DNA of 64,000 nucleotides from Vicugna vicugna. Taxonomy: Eukaryota. Where the stretch lies: positions 9,010,184 through 9,074,183 of the forward strand of contig MU058844.1 in assembly GCA_013265495.1 (NCBI GenBank), read 5' to 3'. Below, in pieces: positions 37,560 to 50,190 of this stretch. A model generated the notes under the pieces. It searched no databases. It had not been told where the DNA came from and was given only the letters and a program-made list of their open reading frames with translations. Every line of letters begins with the position of its first letter. Within the stretch, counting starts at the first letter, position 1. The position numbers were made by a program, and so were the translations under genes.

Positions 37560-38014
37560 AACTGTACCCCCTAAGAGGATGCAACAAGAGAGGCACATCA
37601 TCTCAGTATTTACAAAAAATTCATAACTTTCATGTAATCATGAGAAAATATCAGATAAACCGAAACTGAGGGTCATTCTACAGAACATATGACCAGTATT
37701 TTCAGAAATATCAAGTTCATGAAAGACACAGAGAGACTGAGAAGCTGTCACATGTTAGAGGAACCTACGAAGATATAATTATTAATTACAACATAGTATC
37801 TTGGATTGGATCATGGGACAGACTAAGGATGTTAGTGGAGAAACTTAGGAAATCTGAATAGTTTAGTTAACAGTTTTGTACCAATGTTAATTTCTAAGCT
37901 TTGGTAAATGATCCATGGTTATGTAAGATGTTAACAGTAGGTGAAATTGGGTAAAGGATATATGGCAACTCTCATCCCTATCTTGGTAACTCTTCTGTAA
38001 ATTTAAAATTATTT
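37560..38014 (+). mobile_element. L1MC4-like 3' end
   Basis: taatcatgagaaaatatcagataaaccgaaactgagggtcattctaca...catgaaagaca...ggaaatctgaata...taccaatgttaatttc...ttctgtaaatttaaaattattt. Confidence 0.8.
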
Positions 38015-38418
38015 AACATGGAAAACAACCTAAATGTATATATACAATGGAATACTACTCAGCCATGAAAATAATAAAATAATGTCATTTGCTGCAACAT
38101 AGATGGACCTGGAGATTGTCATTCTAAGTGAAGTAAGCCAGAAAGAGAAAGAAGAATGCCATATGATATCACTTATATGTGGAATAAAAAAAGGATTCAA
38201 ATAAACATATTTACAGAACAGAAACAGACTCACAGACATAGGAAACAAACTTGTGGTTACCAAGGAGGGGAGAGGACAGGAAGGGATAAATTGGGAGTTT
38301 GAGATTTGCAGATACTACTATATTAAAATAGATACACAACAGATTTCTACTGTATAGTGCTGGGAACTATATTCAATATCTTGTAGTAACCTATAATGAA
38401 AAAGAATATGAAAACAAA

Positions 38419-38457
<39 letters not shown>

Positions 38458-38547
38458 GACTGAAACATTATGCTGTTTAACAGAAATTGACTCATTGCAA
38501 ACTGACTGTACTTCAATAAAATTTTTTTTAATTATAAAAAAAAAAAA
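38015..38547 (+). mobile_element. Young L1 3' end (cetartiodactyl/camelid-type)
   Basis: tacaatggaatactactcagccat...gatggacctggagattgtcattctaagtgaagtaagccagaaagagaaag...gggaactatattcaatatcttgtagtaacctataatgaaaaagaatatg; AATAAA plus A tail; internal (TA)n at ~38426-38452. Confidence 0.92.
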
Positions 38548-38589
38548 CTAGACAAAAACACTACCAAAACAAAAACAAAAAACAAGAGG

Positions 38590-38885
38590 AGTGAAATCAT
38601 CAAAGCCAAGAGGAGCCTAAGGAGACATAATCACTAAATGTAGTGTGATATCCAGGAAAAAGAAAAGGAGAAAAAAAAAACTGTGAGAAACTAAAGGGAA
38701 AACCTAGGAAATCTGAATAAAGTTTGAACTTACTTTAATAATAGTGTATCAATATTAGTTCATTAATCATAACCAATGTACCATACTAACGTAAAATGTT
38801 GATAATAGGAGAACTAGGTTCTGGGTATATGAGAACTCTCTCTACTATCTTCAATTTTCTGTGAATCTAAAACTGTTCTAAAAAT
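38590..38885 (+). mobile_element. L1MC/MD-type 3' end
   Basis: gaggagcctaaggagacat...ctaaatgtagtgtg...ggaaatctgaataaagt...tgtaccatactaacgtaa...ttctgtgaatctaaaactgttctaaaa. Confidence 0.8.
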
Positions 38886-40147
38886 ATATATATACACATA
38901 CAGAATACAAATGTATATAAGGAAAAAATATTTACATGTAGAAAAAATGTTTCAAACCACATTTAAATAAGCTCTATGGCGCATACCACAGTGTGATCTC
39001 TCCAGTCAAGCCAACTTTATGTGAATTTGTGAGAAAAGCAGCTATTGAGTTTTTGTTTATGTTAGCAGTATTTGGGATACCGTGCCTACTCCTCCAAACC
39101 AATTTTGCTAAAGAGCCTGGGAAAGGAAAAATTATGGAAAACTTCCCATGTTTTCCCATGGGCACTGCCCGTGAAATGTAAAGGAAACTAGGACTAGAAC
39201 TTGAGGGAGATATGGGGACTTGTTTAGATGCAGGACCATCATGACCATCATGAGGGCAGAGAGGAGGCCCTTTTATAGTTCATCCCTATTACATTTTCTT
39301 ATATAACCCATATGCCAAAAACATACAGGGCAACCTGTATTCCAATAAAAAGAAAATTAACATAAGATTAATTTACCGATCATCTTGGGAAGAAAGATAT
39401 TAAGTCACAAGCCTTATCGAGGAATTCAAAGGTACCCCTTTTTTTTAATCCTCAACTTTCAATATTGTTGAGCCAAAAATAATCATGAAATGACCTGAAA
39501 CTGTGGCCTCGGTGCAATGGCTTCTGTTTTCATTTTCATTAATCACAAAGAACAATCTCTAAGAGGATTATTTCTGTAGTCACAACTGTCATTGGTGAAT
39601 ACAGCATTTGGTTGTCTCTAGGGAAGTGGGACTTCTGCCAAACAGCTCATAGACATGAGTAACTAAACACGGGTTAGAACATATATTTTGACCTTTATTA
39701 TTTGGGAGTATTAATTGTGACAGATTTTTGTTACTGATTGTTGAATTTTTAAAAACAATTGGTAACCTCACTCTCCAGGGAGATGGTGCTCCAGTAGGGC
39801 TAAAGCCATTTTAAAGTCTATTAAGTCAGCTCTATTTGCTCTGAGGCATGCCGTATAGTCAAGAGGGGTAGGCTGTGGTGCTTTGCATAACATACCCACC
39901 TTCTCAGATTTATTTTTATGCCTCAAAGCTGTCTCCTTTTCTCTAGTACTAAACCATCCCTCTAGTCTTACTGATATAAACATAATATCGTCAACATCCC
40001 ATGATACATATATACTTGACACATCCCTTCTGTTTCACATCTGGATGTTGAATTATGCCATACTATCCCAGAGGGTTAGATGCTAAAAACACTGAACTCT
40101 GATCTTGTGTATTAAAGCTGACAAAATGTGTGGAGTAAAAGTTTATT

Positions 40148-40450
40148 ATTATCCATTTTTTCCCCTTCACCTAGATTTATGATTATTTTGCACATTTGTT
40201 TCATCTCTTTCTTTGACTTTTTATCTGAAATATTAGAAAGTAAGTAGAAAGTAACATGATACCTCACCCCTAAATTTCTCCTATTGTAACTGTGATACTA
40301 TTATCACACCAAGGAAATTTCACATGATACAATGGAATTACAAAACAAACAATCTATATTGTTTCTTCTCCAGTTCTCCCAAAACATTCTTATTCTTTGT
40401 GGTTTTTTATTCAGTCCAGAATTTAATCAAGGATTACACCCTGATTCATG
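40148..40450 (-). mobile_element. L1MC5-like fragment
   Basis: catgatacctcacccctaaat...ctattatcacaccaaggaaatt...tccagaatttaatcaaggattacac. Confidence 0.55.
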
Positions 40451-41389
40451 ATTGGATATTCCATAAACAACCTTTCCTAAAATTAATTTGCTTATTGAAG
40501 AATCAAGCTGATTCTCTTTTCTCATATCCCATTTCACAAATACCTAACTCCCTCTATATAAAAGAAAGAAAGAAAAAAAGGAGAAAGGAAGGAATGAAGG
40601 AAGGGAGGAAGGGAGAGAGGCAAAGCATCACTTTCATCCACCCCAGATTTTTCATGGTACATTTCCCTAAATTATAAAAACTCCTGGGGCATTAAACAAT
40701 AAGACAATACATGGATTCAAATAAAATTTACTTCCTATATTTTATAATTAAACATTGTATTATTTATATATTGCTTTTCTTTGAATAGGAATTTAACTAA
40801 TAATAATTAGTCAATAATTTCTACTGAAAATAACAACTAATAATTTTGACTAATAACAATTTATGAGAGTTCAAACTAGAAGAAAGATTTAAAAATTGGA
40901 GCCTTATTACACATTTTTAATTCAATTTCTTTAAATATCTTTATTGCAGACAGTTATGTTAGGTGATCAATAAGTGATTTTAAGCTTAAAAATATATTTC
41001 ATGTGGTGAGAAATAAAATGGAAATACAATTTAGGAAGAAGAAAAATGCAAAATTTCTGTCTTATGGAAGAATTTGTGTTTTTTGTTGTTTTGTGGATAA
41101 TGGTGATATAAAATTGCAAAGGTGTTATGATTCAATTTGATGTATTTAAAAGAATGATGTAACAGTGTTATTTTAATATGCCAAAAATTATGATTTATCA
41201 GAAACTGCATAATTTGCTTTCAATTTAACATAGAGTAACAAATTTTATGTCACTTTAAAGATGTACGAGGATGTATATTCTCTGAATTTCTTTTAGGGGA
41301 TAATTGAACAAGTATATTTGAAGACCTGTGTCAAACAACATTTTCACACCTCCACTTTATCTCAAATTTGCAACATCACCTTTCCTGTT

Positions 41390-41995
41390 CTCATCCTGAG
41401 TTGTTGACTCTGCTTCCTACTCTGAGAAAATATAAGTTCCCGTCAACACATCTCCCCACCTACTTGCATCTCATGCCTCTGTGTTCTTTCTTCCCTATTG
41501 TTACCTTGGAAAAACCCACCTTACTCCTGGCAAAGGCCAGTCCCTTCCTCAGCTCCCTCTTGCATACTCAGCGAGAGTTCCTGTAATCTTCCTCCTTCTC
41601 TCTCCTTGTCTTTTCCAGCAACGTTCAAAATTCTGTTATTTTTCCAAAACTAATTGAAATATTTTTCCAAATCCTCTTGACTCCACTTGTTCCTTTAGTT
41701 TTACTCCCCACCCCAGTCTCTCTCATTTCATTTATAGCAAAATGTCTCAGAATATTGTGAATGTTCATTGTCTCCAATTTCTTCTAATTCTCTCAGGCTC
41801 TTGCTCCCATCTTTCCAGTAAAGCCAATAATATCAAAAACATCATTACTCTCTGTTCCCAAATTGAGTAATTAATTTTTAGTCTTCAGAGTTATTTGGTA
41901 GAGTTGATTGCTCTCTCCTTGAAACATCTTCCAGCCTTCCAGTAATAAAATTTCTATGTCTTTTTCTCCTCCGTTTCTGGCCACTCTCTCGTCAT
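41390..41995 (+). mobile_element. L2 internal fragment
   Basis: Pyrimidine-rich L2 ORF-region motifs (ttgactctgcttcctactctgagaaaa, tttatagcaaaa...ttgattgctctctccttgaaac). Confidence 0.6.
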
Positions 41996-42089
41996 TTCTT
42001 TTATGTGTGTGTGTTGGTAGTAACTTTAGTGAAATCCCCTGTTATGATAGAGTAGGGAGGTACAGCACATGATCTTTAAGAGCCAGTCT

Positions 42090-42671
42090 TGAAAAAAAGA
42101 CATGTATATCAACTTTTCACTGCAGCATTATTTACAATAGTTAAGATATGGAAATAGCTTAAGTGTCTATTGATGGATGAATGGATAAAGAAAAGATGGT
42201 ATGCATGTACAATGAAATATTATTTGGCTATAAGAAAGAAGGCAATCTTGCCATTTGTCACAACATAAATAGACCTTGAGGGCATTATGCTAAGTGAAAT
42301 TAAATCAGACAGGGAAGACAAATAACGTATGATCTCACTTATAGGTGGAATCTTAAAAAAAAAAAAAGTGCTTATAGATACAGGGAATAGACTGGTGGTT
42401 GCCAGAGACAGGGTAAGTAGTAGGTGAAATGGGTGAAGGGGGTAAAAAGTACAAACTTCCAGTTATAAAAGAAATAAATCATGGGGATGTAATGTACAGC
42501 ATGGTGAAAACAGTTAATATCACTGTATTGCATATTTGAAAGTTGCTAAGACAGTAGACTAGACTAGACTTATTGTGATTATTTCACAATATATACAAAT
42601 ACCGAATCATTACATTGTACACCTGAAACTAGTATAATGTTATATGTTAATTATACATTAATTTTTAAAAA
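42090..42671 (+). mobile_element. L1MA9-like 3' end
   Basis: ttcactgcagcattatttacaatag...gatgaatggataaagaa...ccttgagggcattatgctaagtgaaat...gtacaaacttccagttataa...tgtacacctgaaacta. Confidence 0.9.
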
Positions 42672-43522
42672 TCCTGAAATGTCAAAATGTCAGATGATGA
42701 GAATTGTTAGTAGTGGTGGTGGTGGGAGGAAACAGATGACAAAGTAGTGTATTTTACTCATTTACTAGTAAAAACTGGAGTGGATTCTGGCTTCAATATG
42801 ACCATACCCTCTGTATCTGACAAATGTTTCACATTTGTCTGATCCCATTCTCCAAATGCAAATATTTTGAAAACCTGGAATAATAAAATAACAAAAAAAG
42901 ACACCGAGAGATAAATTATCAAAATTCTCTCATTTATTTTGTGCAGTATTTTTATATAACAACTTGTCCTTGGATAAGTGCTAGAATTCTCAGCAATGAT
43001 TAATGTATTCACAGATTATTTAACAATGTTCTATGTCTTTTAAATCACTAATTTAAATATGAAAATGAATAAATATTTAAATAGAAATGTAAATGTTAAT
43101 AAAAGATCAGATTATGGGACTTGTTACCCTCACACACATTCCAAATTATTCGTATGATTTTTTTTTAATCTTTTGCCTTCTATGACCATTTGTATTAATT
43201 ACTTTTTCTTTCTAGTTCTGTCCAGATCCGTTAAACATCAGGCTGGCCATCAAACAGCTGTCATTATTATGATACTTGGTCCAAATGCCACGGTTTTTTC
43301 TCTTCATAATAGAAACAACTGAAATTAACTATCATAGAATTCTGAGGGTGGACTTGAGAGCATGGATGTGAAATACCAGCTGTGGAAACATGATTAATGT
43401 GATAGCGTCTGTCCCTATAGATAGATGGGGCTTGGGGATGTACAACTTAATCCTAGAATCACCTGCGACATGAGCTTCCTATTCTTAAAGATACACACCA
43501 TGAGTTTGTTCCAATGATAGCA

Positions 43523-43790
43523 ATAATAATAATAATAACAATAATAATGTTAGCACTCAGCAAGTACTTACACTTTCTAAGCACTTTGTATGAATAACTT
43601 AGTAAAGTCTCACAGCAACCTAAGGAGGCTGTGTGATTGGTTCTGCGATTTATCCCTATTTTACAGATGAATAATGTGAGATACAGGAATGTAAATTTCC
43701 CAAGGATGCACAGCTGCTAAAGGATGGAGCTGGGATTCTAACACAAGCAGTTGCCTCCAGAGCTGGAGACTTTAACCACTTCCCTAACTT
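43523..43790 (-). mobile_element. MIR SINE with an (AAT)n tail
   Basis: aataataat...ctaagcactttgta...ctcacagcaacctaagg...cctattttacagatga...ttcccaagg...gagctgggattc. Confidence 0.8.
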
Positions 43791-44659
43791 GCTTCCCAGA
43801 AGCCCCCTTTCTCCCTATGAATAGACCAATGTCAGACCCGCCCCCAGCAGACTTCCTAGACCAGCGCAGTCATGACCAGTTGAGGTTACAGATGCTTCAA
43901 GCTTAACACACTGTGCTGTGCATGTTCACATGTTTTTCATCCCTAAGGGAAGTTCCCAAAGATCAGAAATCACATTATGTTTTACAAAATACAAGTATCC
44001 ACTGAATAAAGGAATTACTATATACATTTTTTAAAAGAACTCTGGTCCCAGGGTTTTACATGATTCATTATTGACTATAAGAAGGACATGAAATTGCTAG
44101 GTAGGGTATGTTTTCAGGTTTACTTAAAAATAAAAATTAATTTTTAGCTAAAAGATGACATATTCCTCTTTTATTTTCACTCGCATTTTCTCAACAAATT
44201 GGGATTGACAGTTATGTAAAAATAGACAAACTAAAAATGTTACCCATTTTTATTATAATGATTACTATTAGCCAAGAGTGAATATGAGTACAATTCTTCT
44301 AAATTAAAGATGTAGGGTTAATTCCCTGGGGTTACTAGAAAGAGTCGTGTGAATTAAGCATGAGATATTTATTAGTTTTAAATCACTAGATGATTTAAGG
44401 ATTAAGAAATCAAGTTTGAAAATACTTGTGTACATTTATTGAATAGAGTTGTCACTAGGAATCTGAAATTTAAAAATGTTGATATATGTTTATAATAGAA
44501 TTTTTCTTAGGCAGTTGTGACTGAAAAAATGTGTTGATAATATCATTTCTAGAAATGCCATGGTTATTTATCCCTTCTCTGAGCTTCTGTCCTAAAGTTC
44601 TCTGGTTTGTACTATATATTAGATGGTGTTACACTGTTCATGTAATAGTGAATGAGAGT

Positions 44660-44925
44660 GGAACTACAGTGTAGTCCTTAAAAACAGAACCTTGACACCA
44701 GATGACTGGCTTCAAGTACTAACCTCTCCATATAAGACATTAAGAAATACAAAACAATGGGGAAATTACTTACATTTATTCTCTGTGCCTCCATTTCCCC
44801 TGATAGAAAATAAGATACTCGTAGTAGCAACACCAAATGGTTATTGTGAATATTAAATAAGTCAACACACATAAAGGGACTGTAACAGTGCTTGAAATAC
44901 AGTGAAAATTATTGTTAGATATTAT
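44660..44925 (+). mobile_element. MIR SINE
   Basis: ctggcttcaa...tctctgtgcctccatttccc...ggttattgtgaatattaaata. Confidence 0.7.
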
Positions 44926-45719
44926 TATTGATTCTACAAGTTGTATTATGTCTAAAAACTAATTTAATTTCTAACCCTGAAAATGTCTGATAACAGAGAT
45001 GATGTACGATGAACTAACTGAAGCCTCAAGAGGAAATATTCTTTCAGAATGTTGAATTTTATTCAGTAAAAGCTTGATATTGAAGGTCATTTTTTCTCTA
45101 GGAAATCTTGATATTGAAAGATAACTAATTCACTGTTGTTTCAATCTGCACAGTTGTAATGGATACAATTTGAATTAGTTTAATGTATTAACTAGTTTCT
45201 GAAAACAAAATATGTGATCTTAAATGAAGCACTTTGACTGATAACTCATCCAATCCATTGCAGCAAGTTTTGCCCAACAAAGCAAACCTATACTCAAAAA
45301 AATCTGTGACCCATTGAACTAGTGACATTTTAAATAGAATTTTCAACCATTAGGTAGTTATTAAAGCTTATCCCCTTAATAAAAATATTAGCAGTTAAAA
45401 TTAGCAATGTTATTTACATTTTAATAGAAGATATTTAATAGAGAAAACATTAAATTTTGCCCAAATGGAAAATTAAACTGGAGATTTAAAGCTGAGAAGA
45501 TCAGCTATGGTCTAATGCTTTTCTTGCTAAAATAAGGGTGTGGCCTACTATGAAATGCGTATTCCAAATTCTAATGCTTGTTTATTTTCAAGGTGCCGTA
45601 AGGAATATTTCTATTATTTCAACTTATCAAAGTATTAATTAAATTAGAAAGTATGAATTTGAATAGTGTGAAAGCATGATGGCAAATAAAGCCTGTCAGT
45701 ATGAAAACATTCATTGGAC

Positions 45720-45925
45720 AATATGTTTGAAAGCCTTCCTTGACTCTCACACTCACCATTAATCCCAGTCCTCTGAAGTGTTTCTATAGCACTTTACATA
45801 CTTTTTATCACAAGATCCTGTCCCACTGAAGTATTTGCTTTATTTTCCCCACTAGAGAATCTGCATGAATGTTGTTGACACTATGTCTCTATTCAAAAGT
45901 GTCGAGCTTAGAGCTGGGCTTAAAA
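45720..45925 (+). mobile_element. L2 3' fragment (degraded)
   Basis: aagccttccttgact...tatagcactttacatac...ttccccactaga. Confidence 0.45.
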
Positions 45926-46241
45926 CAATGTGGACTAATTTTTTGAATTTATGCATTATACCTCAAAAGCTTTTGACTCTTACCCCAGTGACATTTTAGG
46001 CCTTTTATTTGTGCTTAGATTGGGCAGTAAAATGAAACTAAAATTACTAGAATATAAGGAAGTTGTTAATAAGGCAGTGACCTTGGCCCAGGCAATATGA
46101 CATTTAACTTTTTTGTGTCCTTTAAGAATATATTACCACAACTGAAGCAGTAGGGCATTTAAAAAGTGATTCCTACCCCAAAGACATGTCAAGTTTTTGC
46201 ACAAAGACAAGAACTAAATTACTTTTAAATAGTTACCTAAC

Positions 46242-46242
<1 letters not shown>

Positions 46243-46278
<36 letters not shown>
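46243..46278 (+). repeat. Poly(A)36 homopolymer
   Basis: 36 consecutive A read directly. Confidence 0.97.
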
Positions 46279-46280
<2 letters not shown>

Positions 46281-46489
46281 AGTGTTATACTGTCAAGTAC
46301 TTTGGAATTATTACATTTATAATATTATAAATTCCCAAGTGTGCAGCAAGTTATTAAATTAAACTTGGAATCTATATCCTATAGAACTGAAAATATTAGA
46401 TTTCAAAACTGGAAAAACTGTCTGCTTTGAAAGTTATTTTCCATTTTGATTTTTAAATACTTTCTATAATTTTCTTTCCCTCATAATTT

Positions 46490-47160
46490 TTTATAACAGC
46501 TTTATTAAGATGTAATTACAAACCATACAATTCTTTTAAACTGTACACAATAGTGGGTTTTTTTTTTTGGCATATTCACAGAGTTGTGCAAACTTCACCA
46601 TTATCAAATTTTAGAACATTTTTATAATCCTCCTCCAAGGGAAAAAAATGTATCCATTAGCAGTCATTCTTCATCCCCCTCTCCTCCAAGTTTCTGTCGA
46701 CTAAAACACTGCTTTCTTGGTCTCTGGACTTGTCCATTCTGGACATTTCAGATAATTGGAATCACACAATACGTGATCTTTTGTGACTGACTTCTTTCGC
46801 TTATCAAGGTTCATCCATATTAAAAAAGGTAACAGTATAGTTCATTTCTTTCTATTGCTAAATAATATTCCATTGTATGGATCTACCACCCAAGGTATAC
46901 AATTTTGTTTATCCTTTCATCAGTTGATGGGCATTTGAGATGTTTCCATTTTTTGCCTGTTATGAATAATGCTGCTATGAACACTCATATACAACTTTTT
47001 TGTGTGTAGAGATATGTTTTCATTTCTCTTGGGTATATGACTAGGAATAGAATTGCTGGGTCATATTGTAACTCTATGATTAACATTTTGAGGAAGTGCC
47101 AAACTGTCTTCCAAAGTGACTGCACCATTTTGCAATCCCACTGGCAATGATGAACGAAGG
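46490..47160 (-). mobile_element. L1MB-type 3' end
   Basis: aacagctttattaagat...attcacagagttgtgcaa...tggaatcacacaatacgtgatcttttgtgactgacttctttc...gaattgctgggtcatattgtaactctatg...gaggaagtgccaaactgtcttccaaagtg. Confidence 0.9.
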
Positions 47161-47239
47161 TTTTATATAACTTTTTATGATGCGCAGTTGAGTTGCAGAA
47201 AAATTCTGTCTCCACTTTTTAGAATAAATTTCAATTTTT

Positions 47240-47405
47240 ATCACAATATAATATATATCACAGTATATCTGGAACATGTCTGTCACCTCCTTAGACTGTA
47301 AGCAGAACTTTAGAGCTGAAACCCATTTCATCCATCTTTGTGATGACTGCACAATTCTGACACATGACAATCACTTTAAAAATGTTGAATAAACAAATGA
47401 TTATG
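47240..47405 (+). mobile_element. L2 3' end
   Basis: ctccttagactgtaagc...catctttg...aaatgttgaataaacaaatga. Confidence 0.55.
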
Positions 47406-48701
47406 TGAACTTATAATTTAATTTAAAAAACCTATTTTTCTGATTTCCTTATAACCATTCTCTGTCTGGGATGCAATTCTTCCAAGTGAAATAATTGAAG
47501 GTAGCTCTCATCCCCTCTTGTCCTCTCAATTCTGAGTTTTTGTTTTTCTTCTTCAGACCAAACTTCTTAGCTGAAAGCACTTTCAATGATGAAATGTGAA
47601 TTTTTTCGTTTTCTGAAATTATTTTAAATATAGTTCAGATTTATGTGATATAAGCCTAGATTCTTTCTGTTTTTCTTTTGTGAGCTTATTAATTTTTTAT
47701 GTCACATTTAATCATATGTCTCACAAACTAGGTAACTGGCAGAGAAAAAAAAATTCCCAAGGATAGTTCCCTGACAGCTTGAAATATATTTAATGTTAAT
47801 TCAGTGTAGGAAATCAACATCCATAAATATTTTATCGTGTTCAACTTCTACTTTCTGCCACTGTGGCAAATACAAAAGTCTGAAAGACCTCCACAGTACA
47901 AAAGCCTCGATAAATGTAACATATAGGCTGTTGAAAAACCCATACAGTGTTTTCTGAAGACTTGAGCATCCTGAAGAAATTTGCTGATCCCAGGAACTAA
48001 ACACTTGGGGTTGAATGTCAGTGGAGCATGCTGGGAGCAGGGTAATAAATAGCTATAGGATAGAGGGAACTTAAGAGTGTTTCCACTTTGGTTAAGTCTT
48101 TGCAGATTTCCTATGAGCAGTTGAAAAGATTAAAAATATATGAGTGATTTTCCATACATTTTCTTCTTGAAAACTTTTCTTAAAAAGAACAGTCTTCTGA
48201 GATTCTTCCTGCTTCTGTTGACCAGAAAGATACTCATATGTTAGAGGAAGTTTCTGAAAAGAGAAGGGAAAATGGCAAAGAGTGAAAATGGCATATGTCT
48301 TACATAAAGTGTTGTTTTAACATCTTTTCTTTTGTTGTTGGAGAAGGCACATCAAGATGGTCAAAAAGACAGGAAAGGGAAATTTTCTAATGGCAACAAT
48401 AAACAAATGCTGTTGAGTGAAAATAATTAGGTGTCTACAAGAAGACTGAATGATTATTAAAAGAAGTATGATAGGGTGTTATTACCTTGATAAATGTAAT
48501 AAGGCCCAGAATCCTACCCTTAGTTTGGCAAGTCCAGAATTGTGATGTTTTCAATCTGTGAGTGGTTGCCAAACTCTTAAGAAGGAAGATTAAGTTAATG
48601 ATGTCATTCACCTGCTTAAATCCCTTCCATGGCTCCCACCACCCTTTATCAAAGACCAAAATAATCAACATAGCTTAACACTGAATCCGTACTGAACTGC
48701 C

Positions 48702-50190
48702 TTTTTAAAACAGTTTAATTGAAAAATCATTCACATACCATTTAATTCACCTGTTGAAAATGCAAATCATTGGTTTTCAGTAGATTCACAGAGCTGTACA
48801 TGTATCTCAATCAATTTTAGAATATCTTATTTTTACCCACAAATAAACCCAAAGAAATCCTGCACTCCTTAGCTGTCACCTCCTCCAATCTCCCCTTCTC
48901 CCCTAGCGCTAGCAACGACTAACTTACATTCTACTTGTATATATTTGTTTACTTTGGACATTTGATAAGAATGGAGTTCTACAATACATGGTCCTTTGTG
49001 GTTGGCTTCTTTAATGTAGCATAACATTTTCAAGGTTCATTCATGATATAAAATGTATCAAGACTTTCTTTAATGTATGCATAGTATTCCATTTTATGTA
49101 TGTACTACATTTTTTCATCCATTCTTCACTTGTTGGGCTTGCGTTGTTTCCATTTTTTAGCTATAATGAACAATGCTGCTATGAACATTCATGTACAAGT
49201 TTCCCTGTAGACATATGTTTCCATTTTCTTGGATATATTCCTAGTAGTAGAATTGCTGGATCATATGATAACTCTATGCTTTACCATTTAATATACAGCC
49301 AAACTTTTTCAAAGCAGTTGTGCTATTTTACATTCCCACAAGCAGTGTGTAAAGTTTCTCCACATCCTTGCTAACACCTATTATTTATCTTTTTGAGTAT
49401 GCCATCCTAAGTGGGTGTGAAGTGGTGTCTCGTAGTTCTGATTTGCATTTCTCTGATGGTTAATAATGTTGAACATCTTTTCTTTTGCTTATGGCCATTT
49501 GTGTATCTTTGGAGAACTGTCTGTTCAGATTCTTTGCTCATTTTTAATTGGGTTATTTGTCTTTTTATTATCCAGTTGTAACAGTTATATACTCTAGAAA
49601 TAAGTACTTATTATAAGATTCATGATTTTCAAAAATGGTCTCTCCTTCTATGGGTTGTCTTTTCACCTTCTGGGTGATTTCATTTGAAGAGCAAACGTCA
49701 TTGGTTTTGATAATGTATTAGTCAGCTCTGGTTGCCATAACAAAATACTATAGACTTGGTGGCTTAAACAGATTTATTTTCTCATAGTTCTAGAGACTGA
49801 AAATCTGAGTTCAGGGTGCCAGCATGGCCAGGCCCTCTTCCTGGCTTGCACACAGCTGCTTTCTGGCCTTTCCTCAAATGGCAGAGAGAGAAAGCTCTGC
49901 TGTCTCTTCATTTTCTTATAACAGCAATAATCCCACTACCGTGACCTCATCTAAATTTAATCATCTCCCAAAGGCTCCATCTCTAAATACCATCACATTG
50001 TGGGGCAGGCTTTCAACATATAAATTTGAGTGAACACAATTCAGGCCGTGGCAGATGGTGTCCAGTTTATTTTTTTTTCTTGTGTTGCTTGAGCTTTTAG
50101 TATTATACCTAAGAAAACATTGCCTAATCCAAGATTATACTTTACCCTTGAGACTTTTTCTAAGAGTGTTATAATTTTAATGTACTTAGG
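48702..50190 (-). mobile_element. L1MB-type element (3' UTR plus end of ORF2), containing a nested MLT1A
   Basis: ttcacataccatttaattcacc...caaggttcattcatg...gaattgctggatcatatgataactctatg...ttctccacatccttgctaacac...gatttgcatttctctgatgg; continues after 50054 to cattgcctaatccaag. Confidence 0.9.
49714..50053 (-). mobile_element. MaLR solo LTR (MLT1A0-like)
   Basis: tgtattagtcagctctggttgccataacaaaatac...ggtggcttaaaca...gacctcatctaaa...ctcccaaaggc...aataccatcacattg; TG...CA ends; flanks gataa/gatgg are consistent with a decayed 5-bp TSD. Confidence 0.9.
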
